A stretch of 64,000 bases of DNA from Patescibacteria group bacterium (GTDB lineage Bacteria > Patescibacteriota > WWE3 > UBA101185 > UBA10185), in assembly GCA_018825365.1 (NCBI GenBank), contig JAHJEV010000001.1, positions 57,601-121,600 on the forward strand. The letters are read 5' to 3'. The notes below the pieces were generated by a model. It worked only from the letters and a program-made list of their open reading frames with translations. It was not told the DNA's origin and made no database searches. The translations under genes were made by a program, and so were the position numbers. This document shows, piece after piece, positions 10,249 to 19,492 of this stretch. Numbering within the stretch: the first letter of the stretch is position 1; every line of letters begins with the position of its first letter.

Positions 10249-11913
10249 TCAAATCTTTTCCCGTCCCGTTTCTGTAAGGCTGATTGCTTCTGAAGGTAGC
10301 CCTCTGCTTGAAAGTTTTATCTTTCCTGCAAGTCTGTAAAACAACTGAATCTCTTTAACCTTGAATAGACTTGTGAACATGATGTATGTGGCTACACCTA
10401 AAACTCCGGCAATAATTGTAAGACCAAGCAAATTAATAGTTCGTGTAGTATCAAATACGAATTTGTCCAGGAATCTCATCGGAATGTAAAGCATTACGCC
10501 CATAAACATTGTTGACATGGATATTTTCACAAACGGATAGAGGATTTTTTTCTTATTGAACCCACCGATTTTTTTGTTAAGGAAAATAAACATAAATATC
10601 ATGTCTATCAGCGAGGTTATCGTGTAAGCAAGTGCAATCGACCACACCCCAAGTTTAAAGTGTGTGACGAATGCTATTGAAAGCGAGACGTTAATTAAAG
10701 CTGTAGCTACGTTTATGATGACTGGGGTAACAGTGTCTTTCAAAGCGTAATACGCCCGTGTTATTAGGTAGTTTGCGCTTTGAGAAAATATTCCGATGCT
10801 GAAAAATGCAAGGGTCCACGCAGTTTTTATAGTTGCGTCCCAAGGAAAGTTATGTACTCCATAAACCAATCTTACTACTGGAACTCTGAGTATTAAAAGA
10901 ATAGCGCTGATAGGCATGACAAGATACATCATTTGGAAAAACGATGTAATAAATGTGTTTTTAAAATCCTCTCTTTCATCAAGGGAGTTTTGAGCTGACA
11001 GGGTAGGAAGCGCTGCCGCAGCCATGGAAATTCCAAATAGAGTTATAGGTAAAGTTTGAAGTTGGTCTGCAAATTTAAGATATATTACTGATGATGTTGA
11101 TACCAAAATTGCCAAGCTGTTGTTTATCGTTTGCGTGACATTAGCTAAAAGTACGCTCATTATTCTTGGAGGAACCAAAGATAAAGTCTTTTTGAAGTTT
11201 GTATCTTTTAGATTTAGTTTTGGGCGGAACGAAAACCCCGCCCTTCTTAGGAATGGGGCTTGAATTCCAAAATGAAGCAAGGCACCTATCACAACCCCTA
11301 TTGCCGGTCCGTACATTCCCATTGTTTTTGAAAGAAAAACAATTCCCACAATCATTCCAAGGTTGTACGCAACTGGAGCTAAAGCAGGTATCGCAAAGTA
11401 TTTGAATGACTGCAAAATGCTTGTTGATAAACTTCCAACCACCAAAATCGTTTGAGCAATGAGCATTATTCTCATCAAATTAGATCCAAGTGTTATTTCT
11501 TCCTCAGAAAAATTTCCAAGGGATAAGAGTCTTATTATTTGAGGGGAAAAAATGAATATTATTAGACCTGCAAAAATAAAGAAAAGAAGTGTTGTGTTTA
11601 TTATCGAAGAGGCCACATCAAAAGCTTCTTGTTTGTCCTTCTTTAAAAGGCCCGTGAATACCGGAATAAAGACCGCTGACACCGCACCAACAATTAGGAT
11701 CGAGTATATTAGGTTTGGGACTCTATCTGCGGTATAAAAGACGGCTAAAACATTCGAAACCCCAAAGTAGGAGGCCAAAAGCCTTGTTTTAATAAACCCA
11801 AGAAGGGCACTCAATCCGCCGGCTACGGCCAGTATAAAAGTAGCTGAAAGTATTGAGTTTTGAGTGTTGAATAAAAACCCTCCGTTTGTTTTTTGTTTTA
11901 GTTCAATTTGCAT
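10249..11913 (-). CDS. murJ: Lipid II flippase MurJ/MviN-like polytopic membrane protein
   Basis: About 14 predicted TM helices and MurJ-like spacing. The track ORF extends to 12039 but would overlap rpsT. The start is placed at an internal Met (MQIELK...). The true start remains uncertain. Confidence 0.65.
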   Translation of the reverse strand: MQIELKQKTNGGFLFNTQNSILSATFILAVAGGLSALLGFIKTRLLASYFGVSNVLAVFYTADRVPNLIYSILIVGAVSAVFIPVFTGLLKKDKQEAFDVASSIINTTLLFFIFAGLIIFIFSPQIIRLLSLGNFSEEEITLGSNLMRIMLIAQTILVVGSLSTSILQSFKYFAIPALAPVAYNLGMIVGIVFLSKTMGMYGPAIGVVIGALLHFGIQAPFLRRAGFSFRPKLNLKDTNFKKTLSLVPPRIMSVLLANVTQTINNSLAILVSTSSVIYLKFADQLQTLPITLFGISMAAAALPTLSAQNSLDEREDFKNTFITSFFQMMYLVMPISAILLILRVPVVRLVYGVHNFPWDATIKTAWTLAFFSIGIFSQSANYLITRAYYALKDTVTPVIINVATALINVSLSIAFVTHFKLGVWSIALAYTITSLIDMIFMFIFLNKKIGGFNKKKILYPFVKISMSTMFMGVMLYIPMRFLDKFVFDTTRTINLLGLTIIAGVLGVATYIMFTSLFKVKEIQLFYRLAGKIKLSSRGLPSEAISLTETGREKI

Positions 11914-11977
11914 CTGTTTGGATGGGCAGAAATATACTTTGTACTCATCACTGATTATGTTATTATACATCCCGACT

Positions 11978-12319
11978 ATGGCCAATACTAAGTCAGCTAA
12001 AAAAGCGGTTAGAAGCTCAGCAAGAAAAAGGTCCCACAATTTAATGTGGAAGACGAAATATAAGCAGCAGCTAAAAGCTGTTTATAAAGCTGTTGCCGGA
12101 AAAGAGACAGAGGAAGTGATTTTGGAAAAGTTTAAAGCCTTGCAAAAATCACTTGATAAAGCTGCTAAGGAAAAAGCTATTCATAAAAACAAGGCTGATA
12201 GAGTAAAATCAAACTATGCTAAAAGAATTGCTGCTCACCTTAAAGGAGAAGATAAAACTAAATCGGAAAAAATCGCAAAAACAAGACCCTCAAAACCAAG
12301 GTCAAAACGAAGCCTTTAA
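11978..12319 (+). CDS. rpsT: 30S ribosomal protein S20 with a basic C-terminal extension
   Basis: MANTKSAKKAVRSSARKR... is the canonical S20 N-terminus. The 113-aa length comes from a roughly 25-aa lysine/arginine/serine-rich tail. Confidence 0.85.
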   Translation: MANTKSAKKAVRSSARKRSHNLMWKTKYKQQLKAVYKAVAGKETEEVILEKFKALQKSLDKAAKEKAIHKNKADRVKSNYAKRIAAHLKGEDKTKSEKIAKTRPSKPRSKRSL

Positions 12320-12845
12320 AACCTTAGGCCTAAATCTTCTATCCAACTTCCAGCCGGTAGTCGCGCCATTCAAAAGACACGAAGACGCCGTTTTAATTTT
12401 TAGAAAAGTTATTATTATCCTTAGTTTTATTCTTGGGATCCTTATAGTTCTAAATTATCTACTCTTTCTCCGTATCGGTAGACTCAAGGTAGAACAAGAC
12501 AGACTTTCAAATAATGTACTGTCCGAACTTGCATCTGAAAAAACAGCTGTGAGCATAGACAGAAAAGTCACGTATTACAAAGAAATACTAAAGCTTAGAA
12601 AGCTTTTAGCTCCAAGAGTGTCTTTTGTTTTCGAAAATGTTATCGAGGGTATAAAGTTGGATGAACTTAGAATTACATTTCCAAGTTTTGAAATTACCGC
12701 AACGGCCAAAAATATTTATGACTTCACAAAACTGATCACGAATTACCTTAGTGGTGATTATGTTTCTGAAATAGTTTTAAAAAAAGCGAATTTTAACCCG
12801 CAGACAAAAGAGTATGAGTTTACTATTGGAGGCGTATTCAAATGA
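12216..12845 (+). CDS. PilN-like type IV pilus assembly protein (start uncertain)
   Basis: 'LGLNLLSNFQP' resembles the PilN N-terminal INLLP motif. It is followed by a single TM helix, a coiled-coil and an alpha/beta C-terminal domain. The ORF overlaps the rpsT 3' end in another frame, so the real start may be internal or non-ATG. Confidence 0.35.
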   Translation: MLKELLLTLKEKIKLNRKKSQKQDPQNQGQNEAFKTLGLNLLSNFQPVVAPFKRHEDAVLIFRKVIIILSFILGILIVLNYLLFLRIGRLKVEQDRLSNNVLSELASEKTAVSIDRKVTYYKEILKLRKLLAPRVSFVFENVIEGIKLDELRITFPSFEITATAKNIYDFTKLITNYLSGDYVSEIVLKKANFNPQTKEYEFTIGGVFK

Positions 12846-13399
12846 AGGAAAAGATACAAAAAGTAAGCAACAACTTCGCTAGGTTAATAACCAATGAGGT
12901 TATATCTTATAAAATTTATCTTTATTGGGCAGCAATAGCAGTTTTGCTAATGGGAATTTTTGGAGTCTACCCTTTTACTAGGGAGCTGATTGGAAAATAC
13001 CAAATATCAAGGCAAATGACGAAGCTGAATAAGGATTTGTCGAAAAAATATAATGAGATTTCCGATGCTTCTGAAAAAATAAAGCTGGTTGGTACAGATG
13101 TTTTGTACCTCAATGGTTATCTGCCGGAGAACTTTGACCCTCAAAACTACATGATCGATTTTGTAACAGCATCCGGAAATGCAGGTTACTATGTAGACAC
13201 ATTTGTGCCGACGGGACAGGAAGGATCCGTTGTCGAAATAGTTGTCGCTCTGTTCGGAGAGGGGGACCTAACTCAACTAATGGAAAATCTCGAAAACTTA
13301 AATCGTGTCTCGGAAATACAAAATGTTGAGTTAGTCAAAAGAGGGGCATCAGATACTTTGAGGCTTAACATAAAAACTTATATTATGGAAAAACAATGA
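12842..13399 (+). CDS. PilO-like type IV pilus assembly protein
   Basis: 185 aa. N-terminal TM helix, coiled-coil, and an alpha/beta periplasmic-type domain. 4-nt overlap with the upstream pilN-like gene. Confidence 0.35.
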   Translation: MKEKIQKVSNNFARLITNEVISYKIYLYWAAIAVLLMGIFGVYPFTRELIGKYQISRQMTKLNKDLSKKYNEISDASEKIKLVGTDVLYLNGYLPENFDPQNYMIDFVTASGNAGYYVDTFVPTGQEGSVVEIVVALFGEGDLTQLMENLENLNRVSEIQNVELVKRGASDTLRLNIKTYIMEKQ

Positions 13400-13581
13400 A
13401 AAAATTTGTAAGTACTCTTGCGATATTTATACTAGTTTTAACACTTTGGTTGATGATTGGTATGAAAAAAGTAAACAAAACCGATTATGTCTCCCAGGCA
13501 GTGCTTGACATGTCCAAGCCCTTAGATGTTACTATTGATATAGAATTTATTAAAGGTTTGAATCCTGCCAATGGAAAATAA
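13396..13581 (+). CDS. Small membrane protein (operon member)
   Basis: 61 aa. N-terminal TM helix. Translationally coupled to flanking genes through overlapping stops and starts. Confidence 0.3.
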   Translation: MKKFVSTLAIFILVLTLWLMIGMKKVNKTDYVSQAVLDMSKPLDVTIDIEFIKGLNPANGK

Positions 13582-14056
13582 CAGCTACAGTGTACAAACA
13601 AGCGCCGGGAGAAGTTTTAGAACATTTTTACTGACATTGTCGGTGTCTCTGATTTTGTTCAGTACAGTTTATTATTTTCTTACAACTAATGCTTCCAGGC
13701 CAGAAGCTTTAGAAACTTCTCTTAACGAAAAAACTGTAAAAAAGGTTTCAGATGATTCTGAGGTTAAAAATCAGGGGGAGGTTGCAGGTTTGGCTACGAA
13801 AACTGTATTTGGAGAAATAGCCAGTAAGGAGACAGGCGGTCAGGTAAGACAGGTTCTTGCCGGCTCCACGGAGACTTCGCAAACCACAACTACCGCCCCC
13901 AGCACAGGAACAACCGGTGTGACGATCGGACTTTTTAGCGCGTTAATATTTTTCGTTGCTAGTTTATTTGTAGTATCCAAGAATCCGAGGAAGTTGGCAC
14001 TTAGTTCGTTTGAAAGGAAAATTTCAAACAGTATGAACGAGGACGGGTCACACTAA
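13571..14056 (+). CDS. Exported Thr/Ser-rich protein with sorting-signal-like C-terminus (candidate sortase substrate)
   Basis: N-terminal signal/TM segment. A Thr-rich linker (SQTTTTAPSTGTTG), then a hydrophobic stretch VTIGLFSALIFFVASLFVV, then a basic KNPRK patch. This is the architecture of a Gram-positive cell-wall sorting signal. It is convergent with the sortase gene. Confidence 0.4.
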   Translation: MENNSYSVQTSAGRSFRTFLLTLSVSLILFSTVYYFLTTNASRPEALETSLNEKTVKKVSDDSEVKNQGEVAGLATKTVFGEIASKETGGQVRQVLAGSTETSQTTTTAPSTGTTGVTIGLFSALIFFVASLFVVSKNPRKLALSSFERKISNSMNEDGSH

Positions 14057-14073
14057 TAACTAGTCTAATATTT

Positions 14074-14796
14074 TTAATTTTCCAAAATAGCTCTTACTTC
14101 TAGTCTTTCTGCTTTTGTTCCCGCCGGCCAACAGGTCATTAAAGTGATAGTTGATTCGTTAAGATACTTTGGTTTCCAGGGCTCTAGGGGTTTCACTTTT
14201 TCTGGTTTGAGGACAACTTGATTATCAACGATGTATTTTAATCTTTTATTGTTGTAGGTTATATAAATCTCGTCTCCCTGTTTTAAATCCCCAAGAGTTG
14301 AGAAAATGGTCTTGTAATTTTTTGGATTAAAAAACCATGGTAATACAGAATGACCAAAGATATATGAATTTCCGCTTTGACCAGGAAGAGAAGACCCTTT
14401 GTAGTGTCCAATGAATCCGTCTGGACTTGATCCATCAAAGTTAGTTTTAACCTTTGTGTTTTCGATCTTGAGCTTTGGGATGCTGATATAGAAATATTCG
14501 GGAACGTTTTGCTCATTTGATATGTCGGCAGTGTTTGTTTTTATTTCTGGGAAACTATAATCTCTAAATCCGGATGCCAGCCCTAAAATGGTAGATTCCA
14601 TGGGTTTTGCGACCTCGTTCTGAGTTTTGAAAGATATTAATGGTAATGCCACTTGAGTTCCCAATACGAGAAATCCCAATGCCATCAATCCGCCGGAGAG
14701 TATTCTAGTTCTGAAAAGGAAAGGGAGGTTAACCGATTTATATATCGGATCAAAAGATTCATCTTTTACATAAATTTTTGGTTTTGAGTCAGGCAT
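14074..14796 (-). CDS. Sortase family transpeptidase
   Basis: Membrane anchor. Conserved His (IFGHSV), catalytic Cys in 'TLMTCWP' (the TLxTC motif), and a downstream Arg (RLEVRA). Confidence 0.75.
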   Translation of the reverse strand: MPDSKPKIYVKDESFDPIYKSVNLPFLFRTRILSGGLMALGFLVLGTQVALPLISFKTQNEVAKPMESTILGLASGFRDYSFPEIKTNTADISNEQNVPEYFYISIPKLKIENTKVKTNFDGSSPDGFIGHYKGSSLPGQSGNSYIFGHSVLPWFFNPKNYKTIFSTLGDLKQGDEIYITYNNKRLKYIVDNQVVLKPEKVKPLEPWKPKYLNESTITLMTCWPAGTKAERLEVRAILEN

Positions 14797-14798
14797 TG

Positions 14799-15500
14799 TT
14801 ATGAGTTTAGCACCTTTTCTATGGCCATCGGAATCAGAAGTTCTTCACTAATCTCCGAAAGTTTTGATTTCATATCAATAATTCTAAGTTCTTCAAATAT
14901 TTCCTTGATTTGATTTTCTGTAAATAAGTTTGCCTGTGATAAAGCTTTTCGTTTTACGAAATTATGTAATTTGGAAAAGGAGGCTGACGAGAATTTAGCC
15001 GAAGACAGAGTTCTTAGTCCATAGAAAAACATCGATAATATCTCAAAAGATGAAACTTGGTCTTTCAGAAGTTTGGAAAGTTCTGAGTAAGCTTTTTCTC
15101 TTTGTCTATAAAAAACAGCATCTACAAAAGCGAATATATTACTTTGGGGTACCATCTCGTTTGCATTTATCCTGGCTTTAAGTCTTTCCGCATTTTTAAT
15201 AAATATGTTAGTTTGTGGAAGGCTTTTCCCGGAGAGAATTATGATCGTAGTTGCGATGGGAGCTTTTTCCAGCATCTCGATATATTTATCCATATTTGTT
15301 TTCCCCGCCGAGGTAATATTCAATACCATAAATGGGGGATTGTTAAAAAGATCATTCGAATGGCTTTTTTCATAGATCTCCTCAGGTGTTACGTTTGTTA
15401 TATCTATCTCGATACGGGATTCTATGTTTAGTTTCTTTTGCTGGTTTTGAATAAGTATTCTGGATTTGGAAATGTCGTCACCGTGAACTATGTATATCAT
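14799..15500 (-). CDS. holA: DNA polymerase III delta subunit-like (HolA-like, compact)
   Basis: N-terminus 'MIYIVHGDDISKSRILI' resembles the HolA 'iyllyGeD' start. Alpha-helical C-terminus. 233 aa. Confidence 0.4.
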   Translation of the reverse strand: MIYIVHGDDISKSRILIQNQQKKLNIESRIEIDITNVTPEEIYEKSHSNDLFNNPPFMVLNITSAGKTNMDKYIEMLEKAPIATTIIILSGKSLPQTNIFIKNAERLKARINANEMVPQSNIFAFVDAVFYRQREKAYSELSKLLKDQVSSFEILSMFFYGLRTLSSAKFSSASFSKLHNFVKRKALSQANLFTENQIKEIFEELRIIDMKSKLSEISEELLIPMAIEKVLNS

Positions 15501-15509
15501 TGTTTCATT

Positions 15510-16655
15510 TTACTGCTTCTCACCAAAAATATATTTTTGCATATACGCATGAATTTGTGAAAAATCTCCGGTTCTTGGAATTAAAACCCACTGATCCTCG
15601 TAAAGCTGGGTATCTACAGGAGAGTATAAAAGTCCCCCTTCATCTGCCTCACTTGTGTTATCCAAAACAACCGAAACGGTTTTATCAAATTTAATCTGCT
15701 GGGAGAGAAGGTAAAAGCTTTCCAGTGTTTTTAGATCCATGTTTGTATCAACGTTTTTGGCATAAGCATCATACAGACCTTTTAACTTTGTAGGGTTGAA
15801 AAGAGTTTGTATAGATATTGCCTTGTCCTTTATAGATACAATTACTTTCTGTTGTCTTTTTGCTCTTGCAAAGTCTGTACCTTCGTCATTGTCTCCGTGT
15901 CTTGATCTTGCGAAGTCCAAAGCTGTTATGGGGTCCATTGTTTGAACCCCGGTTGTGAAAGAGATGGTTTTCCATCTGCACGGGAAGTCGTTCTCGGTAA
16001 GTTTGTCTGCTTCTTCCGGTTTCATTCCACAAAGACTGTTTTCCATACCTTCAACCGGATAGTACCTATCTGTGAATGCGGTATCGACATTAACTTCTAT
16101 TCCCCCCAAGACCTCTATTGCCTGTTCAAAAAGATCAAACGTTACTAATACGTGATAATGGATCGGAATTCCGGTGATTTCTTGTACTACTCTTTTTATC
16201 TCATCGGCGCCGCCAAATTCATATACGGCATTTAGCTTATTTGATTTATATAAAGTTCCCCCACATATGTCTGTGGTGCAGTTGTAGTTTGTTATCCACA
16301 AATCTCTGGGAAGGGAAACCATTACTATGTTGTTATCCACCGCTCCTACTGAAACTACCATCATGGTATCGGTAAGAACATGACCGCTTTCTGCTCCTGC
16401 ACCCCTTTTATCCGAGCCAAGAACTAAAATGTTTGTCCTCCCATCTGTTTCTAAAATATTGGCAGCGGAAACGTTCGCAATTATTGAGATGGGATTAAAA
16501 GCCTGCTTGATTTTCCCCCTGAATACGTAAAGTACTGTTCCGATAAGAAGAAGTATTACCACCAAAAGGATGAATTTAGAAAACCCCTTATTTCGTGGTT
16601 CGTTTACAACCATCTTTTTTTGTTTTGAAATGTCCGTATACTTCATATTCTTCAC
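15510..16655 (-). CDS. LytR-CpsA-Psr (LCP) family cell-envelope phosphotransferase
   Basis: N-terminal TM helix. 'NILVLGSDKRGAGAESGHVLTDTMMVVSV...SLPRDLW' matches the LCP core motifs. Confidence 0.7.
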   Translation of the reverse strand: MKNMKYTDISKQKKMVVNEPRNKGFSKFILLVVILLLIGTVLYVFRGKIKQAFNPISIIANVSAANILETDGRTNILVLGSDKRGAGAESGHVLTDTMMVVSVGAVDNNIVMVSLPRDLWITNYNCTTDICGGTLYKSNKLNAVYEFGGADEIKRVVQEITGIPIHYHVLVTFDLFEQAIEVLGGIEVNVDTAFTDRYYPVEGMENSLCGMKPEEADKLTENDFPCRWKTISFTTGVQTMDPITALDFARSRHGDNDEGTDFARAKRQQKVIVSIKDKAISIQTLFNPTKLKGLYDAYAKNVDTNMDLKTLESFYLLSQQIKFDKTVSVVLDNTSEADEGGLLYSPVDTQLYEDQWVLIPRTGDFSQIHAYMQKYIFGEKQ

Positions 16656-17323
16656 TCAAACTTTTTGGAGTAAGCACTTATTATATCTGCAAAAGTTTTA
16701 GGATCAAGGCTTGCGTTTCCAACCAAAACTCCGTCCAGCTTTTCTATTTTTGAAAGTTCTCCGATATTGGTTTCATTTACGGAGCCTCCATATATTAAAG
16801 TGGAGGTGCTGGGGAGTTTCTTTCTTATTTCTCCCACTGTTTTTTCGATTTCTAGTGTGCTTTTAACGTTATAAACCCCATTTTTTGATATGTTTTTAGA
16901 ATCTTCCCAGACAAATATGCAGTTTTCTGAATATAAATCTTTAAGACCTCTCGGATTTACGAAACAGATAATAGGTGTAATGCCTTCTTTTAGACAAGCA
17001 TTTCTCTTTTTGATCACCGTTTTTTGATCTTCTTTTCTTTCGCTATGGCCTATTATCGCGTATTTACAGAATGCTTTTAGTTGAAAGGCACCTGTTTCTC
17101 CTGTGTGCGCGCCTTTTTCCTCAAAGGATACATCCTGAGAAGATAGTTTAAGTGAGGTTTTTTGCGAGAGTTCAAATATTGCCGGTATGTGTACAAAACT
17201 TGGTGCTAGAATCACTTCGACTGCCGGTGTTACACAGGCTTGGAGTTCTGAAAACCCGGCAACCCACTTCGTCAGGTCTTCAAAGTTCATATTCATTTTC
17301 CAGTTAGCGATTATGTATTTCAT
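16652..17323 (-). CDS. tpiA: Triosephosphate isomerase
   Basis: 'IIANWKMN', 'IGHSERK' and 'YGGSV' motifs. Confidence 0.9.
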   Translation of the reverse strand: MKYIIANWKMNMNFEDLTKWVAGFSELQACVTPAVEVILAPSFVHIPAIFELSQKTSLKLSSQDVSFEEKGAHTGETGAFQLKAFCKYAIIGHSERKEDQKTVIKKRNACLKEGITPIICFVNPRGLKDLYSENCIFVWEDSKNISKNGVYNVKSTLEIEKTVGEIRKKLPSTSTLIYGGSVNETNIGELSKIEKLDGVLVGNASLDPKTFADIISAYSKKFE

Positions 17324-17324
17324 C

Positions 17325-18173
17325 TTATAAAGAAAGCTTTCTTATTGTGTCCTCAATTAATTTCGGTAAGTTTTCCACGTCCTCGTGGGTGTGATTATAA
17401 CCCAAAACATTAAGACATGAAAAAACAATTCCGATATCAGTATATATTTTATCTGCAAATTGGCAGGCAACAAGACTGTCTATTAAAACATTTCCTCCTA
17501 TCTCGCCAACTCTTGATTTTCCGCATCCCATCGGACAGTTTGAACAGGAAGGGTAGACGCCCCTTTCAACTCTAAGATCAGAAGTTCTTGCAAGTATTGT
17601 TTTATATAATCTTTGATATTCTTCAAAATTTTCCGGGGAGTATACTTCGGTTCCTGTTATTACAAGGCCTTTTAGATTTTTTTGGACGAACGCCTTCTCT
17701 AGATGGTTTTCAGGAGTAGTAAAATAATTGTCCAGGAGAGTCTTATTGTTTTCGTGTCCAATTACACTTCTTTTTCCCGGAAGCCCCAAAGATCGAAGGT
17801 CCATAGCCTCGCCGTGAAAGGTCGTTTTAGTGTTTAGTATTTCTACTACCGTTTTCTCTTCCGCCTTTTTGCATATCACGATTGCGTCGATTCCTGCGAA
17901 TCTCATTCTAAGAGAAAGACTTCCGCCGATATAAAGGTCCTCAATTGAGCCTTCATCATTCAAAACCACAGCCGTTTTTGATGCAAAAGGAAAAAATCCG
18001 TTTAGAGGCCCAATTGCAAAGACAACAGGTTCCTTGTCGGCATAAATTTCAAGAAGCTTTAAACCTAACCCAACACCCCCAAGGTATTTATTTAGGTCAA
18101 CAAAGCTGTTAACATCGGACTCTTTTTTAGCTAGATCTATTACCAAGACTTTTTTAGCCGATAAATCAATCAT
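17325..18173 (-). CDS. Truncated aldehyde:ferredoxin oxidoreductase family protein (AFOR N-terminal domain plus CxxCxxxC only)
   Basis: 'GGVGLGLKLL...PVVFAIGPLNGFFPFASKTAVVLNDEGS...GGSLSLRMRFAGIDAIVICKKAEEKTVVEI' aligns to the AOR N-terminal domain. 'CSNCPMGC' matches the AOR [4Fe-4S] ligand motif. At 282 aa there is no room for the pterin-binding domains. Confidence 0.55.
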   Translation of the reverse strand: MIDLSAKKVLVIDLAKKESDVNSFVDLNKYLGGVGLGLKLLEIYADKEPVVFAIGPLNGFFPFASKTAVVLNDEGSIEDLYIGGSLSLRMRFAGIDAIVICKKAEEKTVVEILNTKTTFHGEAMDLRSLGLPGKRSVIGHENNKTLLDNYFTTPENHLEKAFVQKNLKGLVITGTEVYSPENFEEYQRLYKTILARTSDLRVERGVYPSCSNCPMGCGKSRVGEIGGNVLIDSLVACQFADKIYTDIGIVFSCLNVLGYNHTHEDVENLPKLIEDTIRKLSL

Positions 18174-18436
18174 TTAGCTTGGTTCTCCACCTCATCAACT
18201 ATTTCCAGCACACTTGTGGGGCAGATCTCGCAAATTTTATCAATATTAAGCATGTTTAGGCGCGGATCTATTTCCACACTATTAACCAAAGTTTGTGGAT
18301 CTTTACCTTTTTTCCTGAATATTCTAATTAAAGATTCTTCCAAGCCTACCTTTTTCAGTTGTCTCTGAGCTTCAAGAGAGCACAACTCGCACCCGTTGCA
18401 TTTATCGACTTGTGTTGCTTTAAGTGTTTTTGACAT
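18170..18436 (-). CDS. [4Fe-4S] ferredoxin
   Basis: 88 aa. 'CNGCELC' plus 'CEICP' gives the CxxCxxC...CP pattern. Overlaps the AOR-like gene by 4 nt. Confidence 0.6.
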   Translation of the reverse strand: MSKTLKATQVDKCNGCELCSLEAQRQLKKVGLEESLIRIFRKKGKDPQTLVNSVEIDPRLNMLNIDKICEICPTSVLEIVDEVENQAK

Positions 18437-19407
18437 TAGTTTAAGGCTGTTATGCCGGGAAGAGTGCCTTCTGCCAAATACTGAAGCATGGCGCTTCCGC
18501 CGGTTGACACGAAACTAAATTTATTCAATAAACCAAGTTTATCTAGGGCGCTTATTGTATCTCCGCCTCCGACTAGCGAGTAAATACCTTTTTCTTCTGT
18601 TTCTTTTGCTATTTCAAGAGCTATTTCTCTTGTTCCCACAATAAATTCTTCTTTTTCGTACATTCCCAACGGTCCGGCCCAAAGAACTGTTTTTGCGGTT
18701 CGAATATATTTTTTAAAGTCATCTATAGTTTCGGAGTCGATATCCGTTGATTTTAGGTCTATATTACGGGAAATAATTAGGTTTCGAGGAATTTCTTTAC
18801 TCCAACTGGCAGAAAGAAGCGAACTGAGAAGCACAAAGTCCGCCATCGCAAGTAATTTGTCTATTACAGGAATTTTACTTTCAGGTTTTGCTCCTCCTAT
18901 TATCACAATAAGTGGTTTTTCAGGTGTTTTTACTATTTTGTTCAATACTTCAATCTCTTTCTGGAGCCTAAAACCGGCATAAGAAGGTAGTATTTTTGGT
19001 AATTCTACAATTGAGGTGTGTTCTCTGTGGTCGTTGCCAAAGCTTTCGTTTACATACATTTCTGCTTTTGAGGCTAGTTCTTTTGCAAATTCTGGATCTT
19101 TTTCCTCCTCTCTTGGGTCAAATCGAAGATTCTCAAGGATCTCAAATCTGTTCTCACCAAGTTTTTCATTAAAATAGGGAAGAAAGTGTCTGGTGCTTAG
19201 TTTTTCAATGACCTGACCTTTGGGTCTCCCAACGTGCCCCGCTATTAAAGGAATTCCGCCTTTTTCTATAATGAATTTAAGGGTTTCTAACAAATTATCC
19301 AGTCTGAAGGTCTCTGCGATGGTCCCGTTTTCAATTGGAACGTCTATGTCACATCGAACGAAAACTCTTGTGCCTGATTTAATGGGTGCTTCTGATAAAG
19401 ATTTCAT
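18436..19407 (-). CDS. pgk: Phosphoglycerate kinase (compact)
   Basis: 'RVFVRCDIDVP', 'GHVGRP', 'GGAKPESKIPVI', 'GGGDT' and 'STGGSAMLQYLEG' motifs. 323 aa. Confidence 0.9.
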   Translation of the reverse strand: MKSLSEAPIKSGTRVFVRCDIDVPIENGTIAETFRLDNLLETLKFIIEKGGIPLIAGHVGRPKGQVIEKLSTRHFLPYFNEKLGENRFEILENLRFDPREEEKDPEFAKELASKAEMYVNESFGNDHREHTSIVELPKILPSYAGFRLQKEIEVLNKIVKTPEKPLIVIIGGAKPESKIPVIDKLLAMADFVLLSSLLSASWSKEIPRNLIISRNIDLKSTDIDSETIDDFKKYIRTAKTVLWAGPLGMYEKEEFIVGTREIALEIAKETEEKGIYSLVGGGDTISALDKLGLLNKFSFVSTGGSAMLQYLAEGTLPGITALN

Positions 19408-19492
19408 GTGAATATTTTAGCATTAATTGAAGTTTGACATGGGTGTTTCACTGAGGTATATTCTGAAAAAACCTATAGAAAAGGAGCATCAA

